Shown here: positions 29,144 to 38,936 of the stretch, piece after piece
How positions within the stretch are numbered: the first letter of the stretch is position 1
Layout of the letters: each line of letters begins with the position of its first letter
Assembly: GCA_050011775.1 (NCBI GenBank)
Contig: JBEKIL010000003.1
Coordinates: 230,853-294,852, forward strand
Direction: 5' to 3'
Origin: Bacteroidota bacterium
GTDB taxonomy: Bacteria; Bacteroidota; Ignavibacteria; UBA10030; CAVZMI01
Length of the DNA: 64,000 nt
Program-made: the position numbers and the translations under genes
Notes under the pieces: generated by a model
Told to the model about the DNA's origin: nothing
The model's input: only the letters and a program-made list of their open reading frames with translations
The model's database searches: none

Positions 29144-30073
29144 ATGGAAAACGATAATATAATAAAAGCTGCGCAATACTGGGATAAGAATGTGCATATA
29201 CGCGATAAAGCCTCTACACAGATGATTAATTGGTTGAACTCTCCACTTGTCGGAAAATACTGCCTCAATAAACTCAAGGTTGGAGATAAGATTATGAGCG
29301 TTTTCCAGTGGTTGCCGTGGGTCAAAGAAAAATACATACCGGAAGTTTTGGATTATGGGCTTTCTTTTGGGTGCGGTGATGGCACGCTTGAGCGGCAGGG
29401 ATTATCAATGAATATATGTAAAGAGTTTGACGCCTTTGATATATCTAAACGATCCATAAGCATCGCTGTGGAGGAAGCTAAGAAGAAGGGGGTATCCAAC
29501 AGATTACATTATCAGGCTGCAGATATAAATCATATTAAACTCGAAACCGATAAATACAATATTGTTTTTTTTAACTCTGCTATGCATCATTTTCATAATT
29601 TAGAACATGTGATAAAGGAGACTCAAAAAAGCCTGGGAAAAAATGGATTGCTTGTCGCTAACGAGTTTATCGGGCCATCACAGTTTCAATGGACAGAAAA
29701 ACAACTGCAAATCATGAATGAGCTTTTACAATTATTACCGCTAAGACTTAGATATGAGGTTACAACAGGTCGAACAAAATTGACGATTGACAAGCCGACT
29801 GTTGAGCATATGAATACGAATGATCCGTCCGAAGCAATACGTTCTGCGGAGATAATAACTTTTCTTGAAAACTCATTTGAGATTATTGAGAGGGTTGACT
29901 TTGGCGGAACCATCCTACATTATTTATTGCATGGAATTATTGATAATTTTGATGCATCCAGGGAGGATGATATTGATATTCTAAAAATGTTGGGCTATAT
30001 AGAAGATATTTTGATTAGAGAGAGTGTGTTGTCGAGCGATTTTACGATTATAGTCGCAAGAAATAAAAAGTAG
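29144..30073 (+). CDS. class I SAM-dependent methyltransferase
   Basis: Motif I 'VLDYGLSFGCGDGTLE', 'FFNSAMHHFHNLEHV'. ATG 29144 after SD 'AAAGGGAGAAAGG'. Confidence 0.75.
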   Translation: MENDNIIKAAQYWDKNVHIRDKASTQMINWLNSPLVGKYCLNKLKVGDKIMSVFQWLPWVKEKYIPEVLDYGLSFGCGDGTLERQGLSMNICKEFDAFDISKRSISIAVEEAKKKGVSNRLHYQAADINHIKLETDKYNIVFFNSAMHHFHNLEHVIKETQKSLGKNGLLVANEFIGPSQFQWTEKQLQIMNELLQLLPLRLRYEVTTGRTKLTIDKPTVEHMNTNDPSEAIRSAEIITFLENSFEIIERVDFGGTILHYLLHGIIDNFDASREDDIDILKMLGYIEDILIRESVLSSDFTIIVARNKK

Positions 30074-30193
30074 GTGTCTGTTTACTGTCCAAGTTTCGAA
30101 AAGGATTGCGGCACAGGTGACGTGTGATATAATAATACATTCGAAAGGTATGCGATTATTCAACACTATCAATGATGCGACGGTGGAGTTACT

Positions 30194-31000
30194 ATGCAGG
30201 AGTTGTATATGAATTCAGAATACATAGATTTAAGCGCTGAAAAAGAGAAATTAATGCTGGAGTATCCGGAGGAATCGTTAGAGTTCAATTTGCTTAAGAA
30301 GGTCAAAGGCACGATATCTAAAAAAGATGATATGTACTTTGGGAATGCCGATCATTATTTAAAGGTTGGTTTGTCGGCGATTCAGTGTATTAACGATTCC
30401 ATCAGTAACGTTGAGAATCCCAAGATTATTAATATTCTTGATATGCCTTGTGGTTATGGAAGGGTGCTGAGGTTCTTATGCCAACGATTTCCAAATGCAA
30501 ATCTCGCTGCTATGGATATAGTTGAAGAAGGGGTCGATTTCTGTACGCATACGTTTGGGGTTCAGGGAATCTATTCTAAAAAGAGACTAGACTTATTAAC
30601 ATTCGGGAGTAAATTCGATCTAATCTGGTGCAGTTCATTAATAACACATCTAAACGCAATATTTGCGGTTGACCTGCTTAATTTTTTCAACCGACACCTT
30701 TCTGTTGGCGGGCTTCTCATTTTCTCTTCGCACGGTAAGTTTGTCTGGGAAAATATTAAAGATGGCAAAAATACCTATGGTCTGGAAAAAGGAGGGGTCT
30801 CGCAATTAATCTGTTCTTATACAGAATCAGGATATGGCTACGCCAATTATCCGGGGCAGGTGGACTACGGTATTTCCGTCACCTCAACAGAATGGCTGCG
30901 AGGTCGATTCAATAAAATACAAGGCTGGAAAGAGATTTATTGTAAAGAACAAGGATTGGATAACAATCAGGATATTTTCTGTATTCAGAAAAACTGTTGA
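30194..31000 (+). CDS. class I SAM-dependent methyltransferase
   Basis: 'ILDMPCGYGRVLRFLCQRFPNANLAAMDIVEEGVDFC'. Confidence 0.75.
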   Translation: MQELYMNSEYIDLSAEKEKLMLEYPEESLEFNLLKKVKGTISKKDDMYFGNADHYLKVGLSAIQCINDSISNVENPKIINILDMPCGYGRVLRFLCQRFPNANLAAMDIVEEGVDFCTHTFGVQGIYSKKRLDLLTFGSKFDLIWCSSLITHLNAIFAVDLLNFFNRHLSVGGLLIFSSHGKFVWENIKDGKNTYGLEKGGVSQLICSYTESGYGYANYPGQVDYGISVTSTEWLRGRFNKIQGWKEIYCKEQGLDNNQDIFCIQKNC

Positions 31001-31019
31001 ATGCTTCTTAATATATAGA

Positions 31020-32771
31020 ATGCTAAAAAGATTCCTTGCTATATTTATTCGTCGGTTCAATCTGATAAAGCGATTGTCCGTTCCTTTTCCGGAAACACGA
31101 TTTATCTTTCCTTTATGGTTTTGGGTAATCTTGTTTGTGTCAGCGATGATAAAGTTATGGTTGGTAAGTGCGCAAACAATGCCTGCTTATTATTCACCGC
31201 ATGATGATGAGCTTTTCTTAAAACTTGCGCGACACATAGCTTCGGGCGGGTGGCTTGGAGAGTATAATAATGTAACATTAGCAAAAGAACCGTTCTATCC
31301 CTTCTGGATAGCTGTAATGTTTTGGTCGGGAGTGCCGCTTTCCCTTTCCCAACATCTTCTCTATGTTTGTACCTGCGTGGTATTCATAATCGCAATACGG
31401 CCATTACTTCGAAATATGGCGCTGCCTTTTCTTTTTATCTACTTCGCGCTATTGTTCCATCCAATCAGCTATGATACCGCTGTCATGGCAAGAGTGATTC
31501 GTGAAGGAATTTATGTATCGCTTGCGTTATTGGTGTCGTCATTTGCGATAGGCATTTTATTAAGAAAAGATGTATCCTTAAAAGTGCTCATAAAGTGGAA
31601 TATCGGTCTGGGGCTTTCCTTTGCTGCTTTATGGTTGACCAGAGAAGAAGGTGTATTGATATTGCCTTCTTTGTTTCTTTTGTCGGGCGCTTCGTTTGTT
31701 TCTATCCTGTTATTTTCTAAGAATAAAATAAGGCGTATTATAATATACTGTATTCCAATAATTCTTTTTATTGGCATAATAACTTTGGTGGCAGGAGTAA
31801 ATAAATTATATTATGGTGTTTTTACTACCTGTGAAGAGAAACAACAGGATTTTGTCGATGCGTATGGTTCTTTGTTGCGTGTCCAGCCGAGACAGTTTCA
31901 GCAATATCTTCAAGTTCCTCGTGAGACCCGGGAACGCATTTATGCCGTAAGCCCTGCGTTTATGGAACTGCGTCAATTTTTAGAAGGAGACCTTGGGAAA
32001 GCATGGGGGAAATATGGTCCCTATGCCGGGAAAGATATTAGTACTCATTTTAATTGGGCATTGCGAGACGCGGTCGTGCTGGCAGGATACGGCTCGTCCG
32101 GGGATGTCGCAGCGAGGTATTACCACCGCCTATCTTCAGAGGTAAACAACGCATGTGATAAAGGTTTACTCGAGTGTTATGGACGACATAATTCTTTAGT
32201 GCCTATATGGCGCACAGAATACCTTAAACCTCTACTTTCTACTTCCGTAAGGACGGCGTTTTCAGTTATTCGTCTGGATAATTTTGTAGTTGGGCCATGC
32301 ACGCCAAGCAATGGTCCGGATGAAATAATTTATTTATTTGAGGATATTATGCGAAGCAGAATCTCACCAAGGCAGAATGATCTTCCGGTGTTGCCTTATC
32401 TACAGCGGGTAGATTCATTAAAAATGAGCGCATTGAATTTATTACTTTCGTGCTTTCGTTTTTTTATGTTTATTTTTACTTCATTAGGAATTGTTTCATA
32501 CGTCTGTCATATAGTAATAATTTTTATGAAGCGTAAGGTTAGTTTTACATTTATCATAATGACGGCATTGTTACTTTATGTCCTCGCTAGAATCTTTTTG
32601 GTTTCACTGCTTGATGTAACCACATGGCCAAATATAGCACAGGATTTGACCTATCGCGCATCACTCTACCCTTTGTTTACGGCTTTTTCTTCGTTATCAA
32701 TATTAGCTCTAATTTTAAAAAATGGAGAAAAATATACTTTTTCATTTAGTTCGTTTAAGTTAAAAAGATGA
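31020..32771 (+). CDS. GT-C-fold membrane glycosyltransferase (ArnT/PMT-like, GT39/GT83-like)
   Basis: 'YYSPHDDELFLKLARHIASGGWLG' resembles the DE..F/Y...A..I..G.W first-loop motif of ArnT/PMT enzymes, followed by >10 TM segments. ATG 31020 chosen; the listed ORF start 30834 overlaps the upstream gene. Confidence 0.5.
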   Translation: MLKRFLAIFIRRFNLIKRLSVPFPETRFIFPLWFWVILFVSAMIKLWLVSAQTMPAYYSPHDDELFLKLARHIASGGWLGEYNNVTLAKEPFYPFWIAVMFWSGVPLSLSQHLLYVCTCVVFIIAIRPLLRNMALPFLFIYFALLFHPISYDTAVMARVIREGIYVSLALLVSSFAIGILLRKDVSLKVLIKWNIGLGLSFAALWLTREEGVLILPSLFLLSGASFVSILLFSKNKIRRIIIYCIPIILFIGIITLVAGVNKLYYGVFTTCEEKQQDFVDAYGSLLRVQPRQFQQYLQVPRETRERIYAVSPAFMELRQFLEGDLGKAWGKYGPYAGKDISTHFNWALRDAVVLAGYGSSGDVAARYYHRLSSEVNNACDKGLLECYGRHNSLVPIWRTEYLKPLLSTSVRTAFSVIRLDNFVVGPCTPSNGPDEIIYLFEDIMRSRISPRQNDLPVLPYLQRVDSLKMSALNLLLSCFRFFMFIFTSLGIVSYVCHIVIIFMKRKVSFTFIIMTALLLYVLARIFLVSLLDVTTWPNIAQDLTYRASLYPLFTAFSSLSILALILKNGEKYTFSFSSFKLKR

Positions 32772-32989
32772 TATTATGGCAGGAGGCAATTATGCCTGTG
32801 AATTACTTTACATTACTTACAGAAGAAAGAATGCACGCGTGATTATTTATGATAGTTTTACTTCAGGTAAAATACGGCAACTTGAAGGCTTAAAGATATT
32901 AGAATACATATTCTGAGGAAAAAATAATCGTCATCATGAGAAAATCTCAGTACCGGCGACGGGGAAATTATAGGTACTAGGAGTCACAG

Positions 32990-34144
32990 ATGAGTAAAAT
33001 TGAACTGACAATTTTGATGCCCTCACTTAATGAGTCGGCAACTATTGCTAAGTGTATACGAAAGGCGCGTGGGTTTCTTGATCGGGAAGGAATTCATGGA
33101 GAGGTTTTAGTTGCAGACAACGAGAGCACCGATGGATCGCAGTCAATTGCCGAACAATCGGGCGCTCGAGTCATCCATGTCGAACAAAAAGGGTATGGAA
33201 GTGCGCTGCTTGGGGGGATTCAGGCAGCAAGGGGCACCTTCGTAATCATGGGAGATGCTGACGATAGTTATGATTTCGCTAATCTTAAACCCTTTGTCGA
33301 TCGACTGCGAGAAGGGTATGACCTGGTAATGGGGAACCGTTTTAGAGGAGGCATTGCCCCGGATGCTATGCCTTTTCTCCATCGCTATCTCGGCAATCCG
33401 GTTCTTACCTGGCTTGGAAAGATATTATTCCACAGTCCATGCGGTGATATTTATTGCGGACTTAGGGGATTTAAGCGGGAGAGTATATTGGACCTCGATT
33501 TACGGACAACGGGAATGGAATTTGCAATCGAAATGATTGTAAAAGCACCGCTTCGTGGAATGAAAATAACTGAAGTTCCCACAATGTTATCACCGGACGG
33601 GCGGGGCCGACCACCTCATCTCCTGACGTGGAGAGACGGGTGGCGGAGTCTCCGCTTTCTCATCTTATATAGCCCCACGTGGTTATTCCTGTATCCCGGA
33701 TTTGCACTCATGGCGCTGGGTATCGTCGGCGGGTCTGTGTTGATTTTTGCCGGACCTCTAAAAATCGGCTCTGTGTATCTGGATATTCATTCGCTGCTCC
33801 TTTCAAGTCTTTTGGTTATTCTTGGTTTTCAATCTATTTCATTTGCTTTTATAAGCAAATTATTTGCTATAACGGAAAAACTGTTGCCACAGAGCCAACG
33901 ATTTACAAAGCTGTTTAGGTTTTTTACATTGGAAAAAGGATTAATAACGGGATTTATCGAGGTATTTTTTGGTTTCGCGGGAATGGCCTATGCGGTGATC
34001 TTATGGGGTGAGCGATCTTTTGGTGAGCTCAACGCTTCCCAGATGATGCGTGTGGTGATCCCGGCATTCACTTTTTTGGCTCTTGGCGTTCAAACAATTC
34101 TAACAAGTTTTCTCTTAAGTTTCATTGGACTAAAAAGGCGATGA
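32990..34144 (+). CDS. GT2 polyprenyl-phosphate sugar synthase (DPM1/GtrB-like) with C-terminal TM domain
   Basis: 'LTILMPSLNESATIAKCI...EVLVADNESTDGSQSIAEQSGARVIHVEQKGYGSALLGGIQAARGTFVIMGDADDSYDF'; four C-terminal hydrophobic helices. Confidence 0.85.
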   Translation: MSKIELTILMPSLNESATIAKCIRKARGFLDREGIHGEVLVADNESTDGSQSIAEQSGARVIHVEQKGYGSALLGGIQAARGTFVIMGDADDSYDFANLKPFVDRLREGYDLVMGNRFRGGIAPDAMPFLHRYLGNPVLTWLGKILFHSPCGDIYCGLRGFKRESILDLDLRTTGMEFAIEMIVKAPLRGMKITEVPTMLSPDGRGRPPHLLTWRDGWRSLRFLILYSPTWLFLYPGFALMALGIVGGSVLIFAGPLKIGSVYLDIHSLLLSSLLVILGFQSISFAFISKLFAITEKLLPQSQRFTKLFRFFTLEKGLITGFIEVFFGFAGMAYAVILWGERSFGELNASQMMRVVIPAFTFLALGVQTILTSFLLSFIGLKRR

Positions 34145-34761
34145 AGATTATTGATCTGCTGCACGAGAAATTTATTTACCAGCGGCGCATAAAAATCCTT
34201 GCCTGTCATCTTGCGAAACTCATCCCTCAAAATGCCAGTGTGTTGGATGTCGGTTGTGGCGATGGCCTGCTTGACCGGACGATAATGACTCTCCGTACCG
34301 ATATAACAATCTGTGGAATAGATGTTCTCATACGCGGGAATTCACATATCGCCATCAGGGAGTTTGATGGAAAAAACATTCCGTTCGATAGTTCAAGATT
34401 TGATGTCGTAATGTTTATCGATGTGCTTCATCATACAAAAAATCCTGAGGATTTACTAAAAGAAGCAGTGAGAGTGTCGCGGGGAATACTTGTGTTGAAA
34501 GATCATCTCAAGCACGGAATATTTGCAGGAACAATACTGAAATTAATGGATGATATCGGCAATTATCGACATGGTATTAATCTGGTCTATAATTACTTCA
34601 CAAAAAAAGAATGGGATAAAACATTTGCATCGCTTGGATTATCTGTAACCGATTGGGACACCATGGTCCGTTTGTATCCTTGGCCGTTGAGTTTAGTTTT
34701 TGGTCGAATTCTCCATTTCATTGCGAGGTTGAATCTTCCACAGAAATATTATTTACAATAA
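34141..34761 (+). CDS. class I SAM-dependent methyltransferase (small)
   Basis: 'VLDVGCGDGLLDRTIM', 'VVMFIDVLHHTKNPEDLL'. Confidence 0.7.
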   Translation: MKIIDLLHEKFIYQRRIKILACHLAKLIPQNASVLDVGCGDGLLDRTIMTLRTDITICGIDVLIRGNSHIAIREFDGKNIPFDSSRFDVVMFIDVLHHTKNPEDLLKEAVRVSRGILVLKDHLKHGIFAGTILKLMDDIGNYRHGINLVYNYFTKKEWDKTFASLGLSVTDWDTMVRLYPWPLSLVFGRILHFIARLNLPQKYYLQ

Positions 34762-34775
34762 CAGGGATATCAACA

Positions 34776-35324
34776 GTGCGAAAGCTGGATCGAGCAATAC
34801 AGCTGTTGCGTATAAAAAAAGCTATTCAATTCATACCTGACGGAGCATCTGTCCTGGATATAGGTTGCATGGAAGGCGAATTGTTTAAGTATCTTGGTGA
34901 TCGCATTGGATCGGGTATTGGTGTGGATCCGAGACTTCCGTTCCCTGTTTATACACCTCACTATGAACTTATCCCCGGACGATGGCCCGAAGATGTACCT
35001 CCGGCTATGGCGTTCGACGTGGTAACCCTCCTTGCGGTCATCGAGCACTTGCCCGAAGATATACTTGCAATCTTCAATTCGCGGTGTGCTCGGATGATGA
35101 AACCGGGAGGTCGATTGATCCTCACGGTTCCTTCCCCATTTGTTGATGTTTTGTTGCGTGTCCTTATGACTTTGAGGCTCATGGATGCTATAGCGTTTGA
35201 AGAACATCATGGTTTTGTTCCGGAAAATATTTTTGAATTTATTGGTCCGCCATATTTTCGTCTATATCATCATGAACGTTTTGAATTTGGGTTTAATAAT
35301 ATATTTGTATTCGCAAGAATCTGA
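34776..35324 (+). CDS. class I SAM-dependent methyltransferase (small)
   Basis: 'VLDIGCMEGELFKYLGDRIGSGIGVDP', 'VVTLLAVIEHLPEDILAIF'. GTG 34776 with GGGA 11 nt upstream; the listed ORF start 34653 overlaps the previous gene. Confidence 0.65.
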   Translation: MRKLDRAIQLLRIKKAIQFIPDGASVLDIGCMEGELFKYLGDRIGSGIGVDPRLPFPVYTPHYELIPGRWPEDVPPAMAFDVVTLLAVIEHLPEDILAIFNSRCARMMKPGGRLILTVPSPFVDVLLRVLMTLRLMDAIAFEEHHGFVPENIFEFIGPPYFRLYHHERFEFGFNNIFVFARI

Positions 35325-35398
35325 ATTCTAAATTGTAAATTCTTTGAAAACGAGTTTACCGCAGCGCTTTGAATTCTAATCACTAATCGATTTAAATC

Positions 35399-35464
35399 AT
35401 GATTGTTCTTCAAGACGGACAAATTGCCAATGAAGGAAATGCTGAAGAGATGATTTCCTGGTAA
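35399..35464 (+). pseudogene. orphan 3' fragment of a wzt-like ABC ATPase gene
   Basis: 'MIVLQDGQIANEGNAEEMISW*' versus the Wzt-1 C-terminus 'VIVLQDGQIVNEGDPQAMIAWYSAKL'. DNA 'TGATTGTTCTTCAAGACGGACAAAT' (25 nt) is identical to 24864-24888. Confidence 0.5.
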
Positions 35465-35465
35465 A

Positions 35466-35729
35466 GTGGAAGGAGCTGAATGCCAACAATGGGAGATGAT
35501 TTTTATGGGCCATTTTGAAAAAATCTGCTCCTCTTTGTTTGATGGATTACTCGATAGAGGTTCCCATGGCCCGCTCTGGCTTAGAGAACCGGAGATTGCA
35601 AAAATAGTACAGGATGCACTTCTTTTTAGAGATAGGAAAGTGTTTACTCTTATCGCACATAGTATAATGCCGAACCATGTGCACATGGTATTTGAGCCGA
35701 CGAATGTAGGTCGACTCGCCCGCCTTTAG
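35466..35729 (+). mobile_element. truncated IS200/IS605-type (REP-associated Y1/HuH) transposase fragment
   Basis: 'KVFTLIAHSIMPNHVHMVFEPT' carries the HuH motif (H-V-H-M-V) of the Y1 transposase family. The ORF ends 13 codons later, before any catalytic Tyr region, and runs into a palindromic cluster. Confidence 0.55.
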
Positions 35730-35810
35730 GCGAGGTCTCGTTCCGCGATAACGGAACGGACTGAGTCGACCTCGACCAAAGAAGGTCGAGACGGCGTCTC
35801 GACCTACATT
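35703..35810. repeat. REP/BIME-like nested inverted-repeat cluster
   Basis: Outer 12-bp IR 'AATGTAGGTCGA' (35703-35714) / 'TCGACCTACATT' (35799-35810). Inner hairpins: 'CGCCTTTAGGCG', 'CGTTCCG-CGATAA-CGGAACG', 'CTCGACC-AAAGAA-GGTCGAG', 'GAGACGGCGTCTC'. Confidence 0.7.
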
Positions 35811-36063
35811 ACTTTCATATAGCATCTACGCATCATGAAGTTCGCCGGAATGAGGTCCTGGTTTAAATCAGTCTAAATATTAGTGCTTTAATATTAATTA
35901 AGAAATCATTATATTTATAAAAGAATTTACGACTTGTAAATTCTTTATTAAAATCTATTTTAGTAATATACAAGGATGCCGGGTACTGAAGATACTCCAC
36001 TGTAAGAGTATAACTGCCCTGAATTCCGATCAGCAATAATGGTTTTTATAGTAAGGATGGAAA

Positions 36064-38862
36064 ATGTACAGTCTTGCCGCCTTCATTCATATTGTCGTGC
36101 TTTTAGTGATTACGTGGTATTCCTTACGATCATACGATGAATGCTGGCTCCATAAGAGTTTCGCCGTACTGATTCTTATTTGGTCAAATTTAGTTATTAC
36201 GGCTTTGTTTCTGAGCCTCTTCTCAGCACTCGGTTCTCTACCCCTTTATTTCTTCGTCTCAATTATTCTTGCGATTGTAACGGCTCTCGTAGTGCCGCAT
36301 TTTACAAGATCAATAGCTGCCAATTATTCCTGTACGATAATGCAGGGGAAAAGTGCCCGGTCATGGTTAATGACAACGTCATTGATTCTTCTGCTCATTT
36401 GCTTTATTTGTTCAAGTGTCATTTGCTTGTTATACTATCCAAACAACTGGGATACTGAAGCGTATCGCTTTGGACGGGTATTTCTTTATTTAGGACAGGG
36501 AAACTTGAACCATATCCCGTGTGGAGATTCAAGACTCTCGATGTATCCATTTAACGGCACACTTGCCTATCTGTACTTTGCAGAATATGCACTCGATGGA
36601 AGATGGTTCAATTTTCTCAGCCTGATATTTTGGAGTTTCGGTGTTGCCGGTTGTTTTGCATTCGCACGCGATTTGGGTGCTTCGAAAACAGGTTCATTGA
36701 TTGCGGCGGCAATTTTTGGGACAACCCCGATCGTTGCAACCGTGGCGGCTTCGACAAACGACGAAATTATCGCAGCCGTACCGCTTCTTCTTGGGCTCAT
36801 ATTTCTTTTTCGCTGGTGGAAGTCCCGGAATCGATTCGATTCGATCGTCAGCGGGCTTGCCCTGGGCTTGTGTGCAGGAACAAAACTACACATCGTTTTC
36901 TTCATACCGATCATAGCTGTAGTGGCAATAATTCTCCTTCTTATCCTTATCCGAAAGAAGATGGTTCGTACCGTCATCCGTGAGCGCGGTAAAGGTGCAT
37001 TGGTCATCATAATAATCGCTATCTTCCTTTTTGTACCGTTTATGATTGTCAACATATCACAGGGAGGTTTTACATTTTTCAGTTCCAAATGGATCAATCC
37101 TATGTTAAATAAGCCCTTCGATGCAGGTATGGCACTCAAAAACACAACGCTTTTTTCATCTCAATTATTTCTCAGCCCGATTCCCGATCTGATTATTTCA
37201 CCGGATGACGACTTTAAACGTAAGTGTTATCAAAATTTTAATGACTTTTTCAACAAATTGGTTTTTACTGATGTGAATAACGATAAGAATTATTCATTCG
37301 CTCATTATCACTTCAGGGGTGTCGCAAATCCGGATGGTTTTTACTCGTTTGAACAAACCTTCTGGCTTGGTTTCATTCCTTTCCTTTTTGTATACGGACT
37401 GATCACCCTTTATCGAAACAGGAAATATGTTACTTTTGTGCCTTTTCTTCTTATAATATTTTTCTTCTCATGGCACTTTGCCCGCAGTATGCTGACAAAA
37501 TATATTGAAACGACGGGAGTATATTATGTATATCCATTTACAATTGCGGCAATGGCGATTGCAGTGATCTGGGATCTTCGTGAACATCAGGGAAGAATTG
37601 GTCGAAAAATCACTCTGATTGGTTTTTCCATAATTATTCTCAGTAATGGAATATTTCTTTCGAACTTGTTCCTATATAATATTCAAAGAAATTTAAGTCG
37701 GCTTTATCAATCACATTTTATTCCGCAGCAGAAATATATGTCAAGAGAAGTCGTCAAGGCGATGCAGGAATCACCAAAAGTGAATTTTATTTATACAAGG
37801 AGGGAATTTCCTTACTTCCAGTTTGCAGCTCGAAGTCCGGAAACACGTTTCATTACAGAGACACAACTTGATCCCCAAAAAGTCGATATCCTGAATCTTA
37901 TGATTTATCCTTTCAGAAGCGAGTACGGTCACATACCTATTAAAGTACCCCATCCTCAAAATAATTTATTGACACTCATGGGCTATCTGGAAAATGTTTA
38001 CGGAAGAGAAGGAATTTTTGGATTTGGTGGAAATAGCCGTGAGTATAATACCTATGGAACGGACTATAACCTTTTACATTATAAACCAATTTATGATGAA
38101 AACTCCTCGATCCCTAAAGCACTGGTTTTCTCTCCAAAGTTGGAGGTGCCGCTCGATTCTTCATACGAATTTCGATTGCTGGTTGTAGAGCCTTCCGGTT
38201 TTTATCTTAATCTGACAGAATGGATCGGGAAGGAGCGTATGGGGATGCGAATTCCTCTTCCTTTGATTCCTGAGGGGTCGAAGTTGAATGTACAAACGCG
38301 GCTTCGGTCTGCGCCTCTGGATATTACTGAAACTCTGTTTCCGCTTGATCGAGGTATTGAGTGGGATATATCGCAAAAAAGTATAAAGCCGACTGAGTTA
38401 GATATCGGTAAAAGGAATATACTGGAGGGCGTGGTCTTTCAATGTGATTTGATCGAAAATGTCGTACAGAATGGTTTCTCAGTGAATGGAATGCGGGAAC
38501 CGGAGGGCCCGTATGAAAAATGGCAATTGCCACGTGTCCGCTGGGCGAACAATCCTGTTGTAACGCTTACGGTTTCGGATGAACTGTCAAGGTCGATAAA
38601 TACTCTTTCATTGATATTCAGCATTAGGCCGCAAATCCGGCCGTCGTCTTCATTTTCCGTTCGTCTCAATAATAAGATCATAAAGAAGTATGAGCTGAAT
38701 GATCCGACCACATGGGTTGATGATGTAATCGAATTGCATCTTTTGAAAGGATTGAATAAGATTGAACTCATCAGCCGGAGTAAATCCAAGGGGGCTGCAC
38801 CATCGGAAAATCTTCACATGTTATTCCGTTCTCTTATGGTAACGGGTAAAAGAAAACACTAG
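36064..38862 (+). CDS. large membrane protein, paralog A: N-terminal polytopic GT-C-like domain plus ~400-aa C-terminal soluble domain
   Basis: 932 aa. Shares 'PNNWDTEAY', 'YLGQG', 'PFN', 'ND..IAAVPLL.G', 'GL.AG.KL' and C-terminal 'PEGPYEKWQLPRVRWAN...IRPQIRP' with the ORFs at 48226 and 53548. Confidence 0.5.
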   Translation: MYSLAAFIHIVVLLVITWYSLRSYDECWLHKSFAVLILIWSNLVITALFLSLFSALGSLPLYFFVSIILAIVTALVVPHFTRSIAANYSCTIMQGKSARSWLMTTSLILLLICFICSSVICLLYYPNNWDTEAYRFGRVFLYLGQGNLNHIPCGDSRLSMYPFNGTLAYLYFAEYALDGRWFNFLSLIFWSFGVAGCFAFARDLGASKTGSLIAAAIFGTTPIVATVAASTNDEIIAAVPLLLGLIFLFRWWKSRNRFDSIVSGLALGLCAGTKLHIVFFIPIIAVVAIILLLILIRKKMVRTVIRERGKGALVIIIIAIFLFVPFMIVNISQGGFTFFSSKWINPMLNKPFDAGMALKNTTLFSSQLFLSPIPDLIISPDDDFKRKCYQNFNDFFNKLVFTDVNNDKNYSFAHYHFRGVANPDGFYSFEQTFWLGFIPFLFVYGLITLYRNRKYVTFVPFLLIIFFFSWHFARSMLTKYIETTGVYYVYPFTIAAMAIAVIWDLREHQGRIGRKITLIGFSIIILSNGIFLSNLFLYNIQRNLSRLYQSHFIPQQKYMSREVVKAMQESPKVNFIYTRREFPYFQFAARSPETRFITETQLDPQKVDILNLMIYPFRSEYGHIPIKVPHPQNNLLTLMGYLENVYGREGIFGFGGNSREYNTYGTDYNLLHYKPIYDENSSIPKALVFSPKLEVPLDSSYEFRLLVVEPSGFYLNLTEWIGKERMGMRIPLPLIPEGSKLNVQTRLRSAPLDITETLFPLDRGIEWDISQKSIKPTELDIGKRNILEGVVFQCDLIENVVQNGFSVNGMREPEGPYEKWQLPRVRWANNPVVTLTVSDELSRSINTLSLIFSIRPQIRPSSSFSVRLNNKIIKKYELNDPTTWVDDVIELHLLKGLNKIELISRSKSKGAAPSENLHMLFRSLMVTGKRKH

Positions 38863-38936
38863 AATTATTATTTCATAACAAAAAAGGATTAATTATATTT
38901 ATAATGTCGTTAAATGATGAATATCAAAATTGATGA

